Source: Ehrlichia sp.
Lineage (GTDB): Bacteria > Pseudomonadota > Alphaproteobacteria > Rickettsiales > Anaplasmataceae
Assembly: GCA_052043515.1 (NCBI GenBank)
Contig: JBQEQX010000001.1
Span: 1,085,726-1,149,725 of the forward strand
DNA: 64,000 nt
Reading direction: 5' to 3'
Part shown: positions 12,591 through 21,113 of the stretch, piece after piece
Position numbering within the stretch: the first letter of the stretch is position 1
How the letters are laid out: every line of letters starts with the position of its first letter
Program-made: the position numbers and the translations under genes
The notes under the pieces: model-generated
What the model saw: the letters and a program-made list of their open reading frames with translations, nothing else
Databases searched by the model: none
What the model was told of the DNA's origin: nothing

Positions 12591-13876
12591 ATGCCTACAG
12601 GTTCTTGTTCATGGTTTGATGAAGGATATGAAAATATATGGATGCCTTATACTCAGATGTATAATGCTACTCTGCCACTAAAAGTTAAGTCTACTAATGG
12701 ATGCTATATAATACTAGAGGATGGTACTCGGTTACTTGATGGTATATCAAGTTGGTGGAGTGTGTGTCATGGTTATTCTCATCCACACATTGTTAAGAAA
12801 ATTCAGGAGCAGGTTTCCAAATTGTCTCATATTATGTTTTCTGGATTGGCGCATGAACAAAGTTATATTTTAGCAAAGCGTCTTGTTAATATTGCTCCAA
12901 AGAAAAAAATGGAAAGAGTATTTTTTTTCAGATTCTGGATCTACCGCTGTTGAGGTTGCTATGAAAATAGCAGTTCAATATTATCGTAACTTGGGGAATA
13001 CAGAAAAGAGTAGTTTTATTTCTTTTGTCAATGGGTATCATGGCGATACAATGGGATGTATGTCAATATCTGATCCAGAAACAATTCATGGCACGAAGTT
13101 TAAAAAGTATCATCCTCCACAATTTGTATTGCCTTTACCACAAACAAGAGAAGAAGTAGATAATTTTATAAATGTAGTGCATTCTATCAAGGAGAATGTT
13201 GCTGGTATAGTTCTGGAACCTATTTTACAAGCTGCAGGTGGAATGTTAATTCATTCTGCAGATACTGTAAGGACAATTTACGAAATTGCACATGACAATG
13301 ATATATTATTTATAGCAGATGAAGTGGCAACAGGTTTTGGTAGAACTGGGACCATGTTTGCATGTGATCAAGCGGGTATTGTACCAGATATTATGGTTAT
13401 TGGAAAGGCATTGACAGGTGGATTTTGTACATTGGCTGCAACTTTAACTACACAAGAAGTGTATAATGCATTTTTATCGAATAGTATAAATACTGCTTTT
13501 ATGCATGGTCCAACCTTTATGGCAAATGCATTAGCTTGTTCTGCAGCGAATGCTTCACTTGATCTTTTTTGAAGGACAGGATTTAATCAAGAAAGTTAAT
13601 TTAATCGAAAGTCAGCTAAGGTTAGAGTTAGATGTATTCAAGCAATTAAGTTATGTTAATGATGTTAGAGTAAAAGGTGCAACTGGAATAATAGAATTAG
13701 AAAGTAATCTGATTGATAAAGACTATATTATACATAAAGCAATTGAGTTGAATATATGGATACGTCCTATTGATAATATTGTGTATATTATGCCACCTTT
13801 TATAATAAGTCATAGTGAACTTACTAAATTAATAACATCAGTATATATGATACTTAAGAATATATATACGAGTTAA
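12591..13876 (+). CDS. bioA: adenosylmethionine-8-amino-7-oxononanoate transaminase (2 frameshifts)
   Basis: IWMPYTQM, DGISSWW, SGSTAVEVAMK, DEVATGFGRTG, GKALTGG, HGPTFMAN. Confidence 0.95.
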
Positions 13877-14235
13877 TATTTTTTGTATGAATTGCTAGTT
13901 TTTTTATAGATTAAGTAATAGATGGACTTGATATGTTAAGTTTTATTGTCATTTCATGGTGGTTATGTATTAGTGTAGTTAGTACACAAGAAAAGATTTT
14001 GTTTCCATGCTTATCTATAAATTTTTCTTGCAGATAATATGCTTTGTTGATTTTACTGGTATGTATTCATTATAACACGTGAATACGATGTATTAAAGGT
14101 AGTATATTTCTAAGCTTCTATTAGTCAATAATTCAATGTTGAATACGGTTGCTTAATGTCTTTAATAGTAGAGGTGATTTACTTACTTATTAATATAGTT
14201 GAATTTATTGCGATATGTAAGCAGATTCATTAGTG

Positions 14236-15644
14236 CTATAGTTCTCTAATGGACAAAGTATTTGTTGTGGTGTGATTGTAGATCCAGTGTAAGTATTGTG
14301 TCACGCTATCTATTTGATCGTCATGTTGTGTGTTTGGAAATGATAGCAATTCTTGTTCAAATTCACTAAGCCAAGGAGAATCGTATGGTAGAAATATTTT
14401 TCTCGATTCAAATATAGGAATTATTTTATAAAATCTTGTTATTTTATCAGTGGTTGGAGTAATTCCTATTATAGGTATTGTACTAATGTTAGCTAATTCT
14501 TGAATTATTTGTAATCCGCTTGCCTTTTTTTCTATAAGTATAGCATTAGGTTTCCAATTATTTGCTAAGTTTATTATTTCTTGTTTTAATGCTTGGTACT
14601 CTAATTTTATCATGCGTACTTCTAGTAGGAAAAAGCAGTTATTTATATAGGACCATGTTGTACACACGCTATAGTTACTGTTGTTATTCATAGAAGAAGC
14701 TGTATCCCAGCTTTGAGTTATGTTTTCTTTGTTATAAGATGTGTATCTTTGGAGCCACTTATACTTGATAATGCCACTTGACAGATGAAGTGGGTTTTGT
14801 TGATATTGAGCTGCAAATGCGTATGATCCTAACTCTGATTTCAATTCTTCAATGTATTTGTTCCCATATTTTTTGTGTAACAGATCTCCTTCTTTTCTTG
14901 TGTGTAGAATATGTTTTATTTTTTTTCCTTGCTTAAATTTCCACGGAGAAGCTATCGAATATATAGTCTGTTTTTTTTCTGCTATCATGGGAAATGATAA
15001 TACATGCCATTTATTATAAAGCTTTTTTTGATAATAAATATCCAGTTAAATCTTCCGTATGTAATCTGTGCATTACAATGATAACAATACTCCGTTTTCT
15101 ATCATCTAGTCTTGTCATAAAAGATTGATCAAACCAGTTGTATACACGTTGTCTGTAAGTTTTGCTTAGTGCTTGTAGAGGATTCATTGGATCATCTACA
15201 ATTAGAATATCTCCACCCTCTCCTGTAATACTTCCTCCTATTGATGTTGCAAATCTATAACCTCTTTGTGTTGTTTGAAATTTTTGTTTAGTGTTTTGGT
15301 CTTTTGAAAGTATTACATGTGGAAATAATTTTTTATACCATTCAGATTGTAATATGTATCTGTTATCTAATGATAATTTTTCACTCAATGTTTGAGAATA
15401 GCTCGCAACTATAATTCTTGCTTTGGGATTTAATCCAAAGATCCAAGATGGCCATGCAACACTAACACATATGGATTTTATAAATCTTGGAGGCATATTG
15501 ATTATTAGACGATTAATTTTTCCATTGAGAGTGGCTTCTAATCTATCTGACATTACTTTTTATGTGCCAATTGTTAATGAGTGGATTATTAGGTGACACT
15601 GTTTTAAAACATAATTTTAGAAAATCTAAGAAATTATGAGGCAC
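14236..15644 (-). CDS. terL: phage/GTA terminase large subunit (~468 aa after 2 homopolymer corrections)
   Basis: ATPase motifs INMPPRFIKS, ILIVDDPM, VMHRLH; nuclease motifs QSWDTAS, LIEKKASG, HDDQIDS; T-runs at 15557-15561 and 15023-15029 split the frame; start GTG 15644 (or ATG 15657 with a further correction). Confidence 0.9.
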
Positions 15645-15743
15645 TTTTATTATTCATGGTCGATTATTTTTATGTTATAGGAAATACATTTTTTATTGTG
15701 TTTTTTTTGTGTAGGTGTTATTCTAAACTGGAAGGCGTTGCTT

Positions 15744-16402
15744 TTAGTGTTTTATTTTATAATTGGTGTTCCATGGTACGCAGGCATAGGCGGTGTCATT
15801 GAATGCATCTTCTGCGTATGTTGCACTGTTGCTTTTTATGACTTTGTCTAGGTGGATCTTAGTTTTTGTGGTTGGAATGCGCGACTGAAGTTTACGGTTA
15901 TTTCTTTTTTTTTCTTAAAACAGCACTTTGTACAATGAGGTTACTATGCATTATGGATGAAGGTGTTAATGGCATTGTAAAAAAATTGAACAGGAAATTA
16001 AGTATTCTGAGCAATATGTAGAGTTTAGAACGAGTTTTTTTTTTAGCTTTTTTTCCTCTACCAAATTTTTTTGCAGATCTAATATTAGAAAGTTTAGTTT
16101 GCCCGGCTCGTTGTGTAGGATCCATTTCATGAGCAATAGTAGATCTTAGCAAGGTATTGATTTCTAGTTTTAATTGTTTTTTTTATGTTACGTAAGTGGA
16201 GCTTAGTTTGTGGGTTAGGCTGTTTATGTACTTTTTTTTCGATATGAAGTGTTCTGTTGATGCTTTTGTTTATTTCTCTTTTCTGTATGTGTTTCCTTAT
16301 TCTTGTTAGGTATTTGTGTGCAAGTAATAGTCTATCAAGATCATGGGATGTTCTTATGTAACAATATATCGCTTTAATTTTCGATTTATTCGGGGAAAAC
16401 AT
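15744..16402 (-). CDS. highly basic Lys/Arg-rich hypothetical protein (end uncertain: 15898, 15744 or 15650 depending on homopolymer correction)
   Basis: ORFs 16127-16402 and 15898-16152 join by removing one T of the T8 at 16177-16184; contains KKFGRGKKAKKKTRSK. Confidence 0.55.
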
Positions 16403-16812
16403 TGTGTGGTATTAATATAGGATATTATTATATTAATACTTTTATATAAATCTTTTATTAATCTAGATGTAGTGTTTCTATTTTTAATAGAGTATTAAAT
16501 ATTTTAACTATTTTGATGAAAGAGCTACTATATTAAGCGACAAATTTGGATTTATAATAAGTATTTTCAGCGTAGTATTTTTTGTACACTTATAGCTTAT
16601 TTCCTCTTGTTGTGGATATTATGTTCATATTGCAAAGGATTACAAAGTTGAAGAATTATTTTATGCTATTTTTGCTATGGCAGTAAGTTCTTTGTTTATT
16701 TTAAAAATGTTTTGCAGTTATTACAGTTGTATACCATATATATATTAATTTTTGCTACGGCAGCATAGTAACTATTCTTAATAATACTATTAATCATGTT
16801 AACTTATTTATA

Positions 16813-17203
16813 TTAATAATTACTAAAAATTATTTCTTCAGAGCTTATTAACATTACATTGAAGTTGTCAAAGTTACTTGATTCATAATATCTCTCGTAT
16901 AGTTCAATAGCAGATTTGCCTGATATTATTTCTTTTTCATGTATGATGATTTTGAATTCTATAATATTGTTATTGAAAGAATATTTTTGTAAAAGCTGAT
17001 CTGCATGTGAGTTATCTATAATGCCGTGAATTTTGAAAATAGCATATTTATTTCCCGAATTATCTAATGTACTTCTCCATCCAAATGATAAAATGTTTTT
17101 AATATATTCATTTTTATTATGTAGACTAACTCTTAAGTTTTTTTATACTATTTAAAGGAATGAAAGTGTTGTTAAAATCTTTAATTTGTAACTGTATTGA
17201 CAT
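16813..17203 (-). CDS. phage/GTA major tail tube protein (RcGTA g9 / TP901-1-like), 129 aa after 1 correction; absent from ORF track
   Basis: Manual translation MSIQLQIKDFNNTFIPLNSIKNLRVSL...SFGWRSTLDNSG...EFKIIIHEKEIISGKSAIELY...FNVMLISSEEIIFSNY*; length and GWR..L...G motif match GTA tail tube proteins; T7 run at 17138-17144. Confidence 0.75.
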
Positions 17204-17591
17204 AGGTTTTTTTTGTTAAGATAGTGAAATTTAGTGTTGCATGTGTAATTTCTTGGTACTGACCTACATTACAGCTATACTCTGGAATTATTTTGTATTC
17301 AATGTTTTCTATGTTAAATTTATGGTTTACTAGTAAACTGATGACTAAATTTAATATATTATATAATGTATAAGAGTTGTGACTATAAATTTTACATGCT
17401 AATTGTATTTTTGACATATCATTGTTAAATATATTTAATGTTTTTAGGTAGCTTACATATATGTGCATGTATGGGAGAGATGGTTTGTTTGGTATAATAT
17501 CGTATATATCAGTTATAACATTTGCTAAATCTTTATGTGATTTTAACAAGTTCACAACTAGGTTATGCATCTCTTTGATTGAATATGTCAT
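17181..17591 (-). CDS. tail terminator/completion protein (DUF3168, RcGTA g8-like)
   Basis: 136 aa with L..L.....L..V...IYDIIP..P..PY pattern; lies between connector and tail tube. Confidence 0.7.
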   Translation of the reverse strand: MTYSIKEMHNLVVNLLKSHKDLANVITDIYDIIPNKPSLPYMHIYVSYLKTLNIFNNDMSKIQLACKIYSHNSYTLYNILNLVISLLVNHKFNIENIEYKIIPEYSCNVGQYQEITHATLNFTILTKKTYVNTVTN

Positions 17592-18142
17592 AAAACTAAT
17601 TTTAATTCACGGAAAGGAGAATATATGCTTTTTATAAAAGTTAAATTATTTATATTTTCTGATTCTCTATTTTTGTAAGATATAGCAACGTGATATAGTA
17701 TACCATGTTTAATTTGTGCAGGTATTAGTGAGTTGTTTATGTGTCCTGCTTCATATAGAATTTCTATTCTGTTGACGTTGGTTTGATTGTAAAATGATAT
17801 ATATGATAGTTCTGTGTCTACATGATAATATTTTGGGTCCACAATGGTTTCCTGTCCAGTCATGTTTATTATTTTAACATGATTGACTTTTATTATTGGA
17901 TTAAATAATAGCTGTATTTTTCCAGGAATATATCTACTGCATGAGATTTGCCATGTTTGCTTCATTAATGACTTTTCAATGTACCATTGTGCATATTCAG
18001 ATGCCATAGTAATTAGATTATTGATTAATTCATCGTCTTTATTGTTATTAACGCGTAAGAAAGATTTTACTTCTGATAGACTAATAGGTAATGACACAGG
18101 CAGAACCTTACGTGTAATGCATAACATAGAACTTTCTAGCAT
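17588..18142 (-). CDS. phage head-tail connector protein (gp6-like / RcGTA g6-like)
   Basis: PISLSEVKSFLRV..DDELINNLI..A....LMKQTW, IPAQIKHGIL...Y.NRE, PFRELKL; ATGA overlap with the downstream gene. Confidence 0.88.
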   Translation of the reverse strand: MLESSMLCITRKVLPVSLPISLSEVKSFLRVNNNKDDELINNLITMASEYAQWYIEKSLMKQTWQISCSRYIPGKIQLLFNPIIKVNHVKIINMTGQETIVDPKYYHVDTELSYISFYNQTNVNRIEILYEAGHINNSLIPAQIKHGILYHVAISYKNRESENINNLTFIKSIYSPFRELKLVL

Positions 18143-18188
18143 ATAACTCCTATTGTTACATTGTAATGTTTGATTATTTTTTAAATAG

Positions 18189-18536
18189 TTAGGAAATTAA
18201 GCTTTCTAGTATGCTAAAAGAAATTTTATTGAATGTTTTAGCAATAGTGTCTTTTTCATACGTGTTTAAGTGTTGTAGACCATTGGAACTAAATAGGTGG
18301 TTTATAAGATATTTGTTTAATGTTTGTAAATTATGGGAATATATTTTTTTTATCAGTGAAGCCAATTCTTCTTCTAAAGAATGGTGGAAGTGAGCCAAAA
18401 AATTAGATATCACATCTTCCATTTTGTTTTCAAATTTAATTTGATATTTTGTGGTAATGTCATCAATTATTTCGGAAAATTCATCTAACTTTTTTTGTTC
18501 CAGAGTAGTTTTACTATAGTTAAAAGCATGTGTCAT
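18189..18536 (-). CDS. hypothetical protein, first gene of the minus-strand phage-like run
   Basis: 115-aa helical-looking ORF co-oriented 46 nt upstream of the connector gene. Confidence 0.6.
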   Translation of the reverse strand: MTHAFNYSKTTLEQKKLDEFSEIIDDITTKYQIKFENKMEDVISNFLAHFHHSLEEELASLIKKIYSHNLQTLNKYLINHLFSSNGLQHLNTYEKDTIAKTFNKISFSILESLIS

Positions 18537-18765
18537 AAGGATGTTAACTTTGTGTTTGATGTAGTATTATTATGCTTAATTCGGTATTACGGAAGCAGTT
18601 TATTTTTATTTGTAAATTATTTTATATTTAAGAGTTTACATGATATATCTTTAACATATTAAAGTGCGGGTAGAATTTTATTGAAATTTACTTAACAAGT
18701 TTTTATAATACGTGTCGTGCTTTGGATTTTTTATGTAACTTTGTAAAAATTTATTGAGTCTTGAT

Positions 18766-18856
18766 GGAGAGGTGGCCGAGAGGCTGAAGGCGACGGTTTG
18801 CTAAACCGTTATACGGCTTAACCGTATCGAGGGTTCGAATCCCTCTCTCTCCGCCA
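18766..18856 (+). tRNA. tRNA-Ser(GCT)
   Basis: GGAGAGG...CTCTCCGCCA, anticodon arm ACGGT-TTGCTAA-ACCGT, long variable arm ATACGGCTTAACCGTAT, encoded CCA. Confidence 0.97.
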
Positions 18857-18888
18857 TTTTGTTGTTGTGTGATTAATATAGGAAAAAG

Positions 18889-19017
18889 ATGAAAGTTATT
18901 GGTTCGCTTAAGTCTGCAAAGGTAAGGGATAAAGATTGTAGAATTGTACGTAGAAAAGGGCGTATTTATGTAATAAATAAAAAGAACCCCAGGTTTAAAG
19001 CAAGACAAGGCTATTAA
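18889..19017 (+). CDS. rpmJ: 50S ribosomal protein L36 (Zn-independent type B); below ORF-track size cutoff
   Basis: [42 protein letters not shown]. Confidence 0.97.
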   Translation: MKVIGSLKSAKVRDKDCRIVRRKGRIYVINKKNPRFKARQGY

Positions 19018-19359
19018 CATTTGTCTAACATTGTAGGATGTCTTACGGTGTTGTTATTGGTTTTTTTGTTATTGGAATTTAGGTGTGTTCATCTTCCGGT
19101 GTATTCCGATTTGTCGTTGCGTTTGGCACGAAGGTGGTTTTTCTTGTATGAGTGAATGTGCTCATTAATTAGTGCTGTTGGCTATTGTTATAGTGAGTAT
19201 GGTGCTAAGGTGTCACGAGGAAATCTGTACTTTTTATATCTTTGTACTAAGCTATTGGTAAGGATGATTTCAGTGCTACTTGTATGTGTAGCCAGACACT
19301 CTGTTCGTTAAAGATAACCAAAGTGGGAGTAGGTAGCCGAATTCACTCTTTAATGGCTG

Positions 19360-20250
19360 CTAGTTATGAAGTAGTAAACCGAACTCTTTCCTTTTTGATA
19401 TAACAAAATCCTTTACTCTAGTGAAAGCGTTCATTTCTATTTGTCTTATGCGCTCTTTTGATATGTTATACTTCTGACTTAATATTTCTAGTGTGTCTGG
19501 CTCTTCAATTAACCTTCTTCTGATAAATATATCACGATGCCTCTCATTTAAAGTTGCAAGAGCCTGTGTAATGAGAGACCTTTTTATATCTACTTCCTCA
19601 TTGAGTAGATACGTGTCCTCCTGATTTGGATCTTTACACCTTATGGTCTCTTGTAACTCCGTACGATTTTGATTGTTATTAGAGAATATTACCTCGTTGA
19701 GCGATCTATCAGTATAGGTAAAGTACCTGTCCATTTGCTCCACTTCTTGTTCAGAAATCGAGCATTCGTCTGCTATTAACTTAATGTCCTCTTTTGTAAT
19801 ACTATGTCCATACTTAAAAAGTTTTTTCTTTATTTTCCTTAGACTAAAAAATAATTTTCTTTGCGCTTGCGTTGTACCGATCTTTATACATGACCACGAC
19901 TTAAGTATATAATCTTTAATGGAAGCTTTAATCCACCATATTGCATACGTGGATAACCTAAACCCTAAGTTAGGGTTAAATTTCTTTACAGCCTGCATTA
20001 ACCCAATATTTCCTTCCATAATTAGTTCTATAAGTGGTAAGCCATAATTCTTAAAGCCTAGTGCAACCTTAACTACCAATCTTAAATGACTGGTAACTAA
20101 CCTGTGCGCGTCAGCAATAACGCCATTTTCATACCAACTTTTTGCTAACCTTTCTTCTTCATCAAGAGACAAGACAGGAAACGTATGTACCTCATTGATG
20201 TAAGACACCAGATTATCTTGGTTTAACGCAAATACAGAGTTTGTTAACAT
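19360..20250 (-). CDS. rpoH: RNA polymerase sigma-32 factor
   Basis: SHLRLVVKVA, GNIGLMQAVKKFNP, YAIWWIKA, RpoH box TTQAQRKLFFSLR. Confidence 0.96.
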   Translation of the reverse strand: MLTNSVFALNQDNLVSYINEVHTFPVLSLDEEERLAKSWYENGVIADAHRLVTSHLRLVVKVALGFKNYGLPLIELIMEGNIGLMQAVKKFNPNLGFRLSTYAIWWIKASIKDYILKSWSCIKIGTTQAQRKLFFSLRKIKKKLFKYGHSITKEDIKLIADECSISEQEVEQMDRYFTYTDRSLNEVIFSNNNQNRTELQETIRCKDPNQEDTYLLNEEVDIKRSLITQALATLNERHRDIFIRRRLIEEPDTLEILSQKYNISKERIRQIEMNAFTRVKDFVISKRKEFGLLLHN

Positions 20251-20368
20251 TTCTTATAATAGAGCCCAGTTGACAACGAATTATATCGATATAATATAAC
20301 GATGTATAGTAAATTTTCAAGGTTTTGTTATATTATTAAATGTGATGTAATTTTATAAGACGTATTTT

Positions 20369-20974
20369 ATGAACATAGTTATTACTGCTAGAGGTTTTGA
20401 TGTTACTGATAATATTAGGACTTATGTTGAATCAAGTGTAGGCGATTATATAGCGAAATTTTTTGTAAGTGATTCTTCCGTTAATATAAAAGTGATTTTG
20501 TCAAAAGATGCAAATTTGTTTAATGCTAGTATTAATATTAGTGATATGAAGAGTGAATTTATAAGAATTTCTAAGACGTCAGATACGGCATATCATGCAA
20601 TAGATAATGTTATTCACCATTTATGTCACAAGTTACAAAAGCATAAGAGTGAGAGGGTTAATAAGTATCGTCATAATAAGAATTCAGTGAAAGCACAAAT
20701 GAAGTGTTTTGGATATACATTAGATAAAGACGTAGTGGAAAATTGTCATGAAGGTGATAATTATGACGGTAGTAACAATTCTGGGTTAGTTATAGAGGAA
20801 GAAGTCATGTTAAAGACTATGAGCATTGGAGATGCAATTATGGAGATGGAGTTGTTATCCTTACCTGCACTTTTATTTATTAATGCAAAAAACAATAGGG
20901 TTAATATGATTTATGTTAGAAATGATGGAAACGTGACATGGGTTGATCCACTTAATGTATCTTCTGTAAAATAG
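20369..20974 (+). CDS. hpf: ribosome hibernation factor HPF/RaiA (long form)
   Basis: MNIVITARGFDVTDNIRTYVE...AYHAID...; C-terminal MSIGDAIMEMELL..F.N....VNMIY.R.DG. Confidence 0.85.
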   Translation: MNIVITARGFDVTDNIRTYVESSVGDYIAKFFVSDSSVNIKVILSKDANLFNASINISDMKSEFIRISKTSDTAYHAIDNVIHHLCHKLQKHKSERVNKYRHNKNSVKAQMKCFGYTLDKDVVENCHEGDNYDGSNNSGLVIEEEVMLKTMSIGDAIMEMELLSLPALLFINAKNNRVNMIYVRNDGNVTWVDPLNVSSVK

Positions 20975-21113
20975 ACTGATTCCGATACATATTGTTTAGT
21001 ATGTGATTTATGGTATATTAATATAATATTAATATCTTTATTAATATTATAATAATGTGTCTAGTTTAATTAAAAGAATACGGCATTTTTTGAGAATATT
21101 TTAGGTTATAAAC

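Noticed and set aside
16403..16812. Expected tail-assembly chaperone (RcGTA g10-like) gene
   Set aside because: Only a ~33-codon ORF from ATG 16797 and no recognisable similarity
13877..18856. Integrated prophage using tRNA-Ser as attachment site
   Set aside because: No integrase, no duplicated tRNA 3' end seen on the bioA side, no replication or lysis genes, host-like composition
18751..19020. 89-aa minus-strand ORF
   Set aside because: Antisense shadow of tRNA-Ser and rpmJ
19018..19359. Relatively GC-rich gap between rpmJ and rpoH as ncRNA or small ORF
   Set aside because: No recognisable RNA family or convincing ORF by eye
21018..21032. CtrA-like box TTAA-N7-TTAA upstream of the ankyrin gene
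   Set aside because: Exact match, but at ~70% AT on the order of ten such matches are expected by chance in 64 kb; not supportable alone
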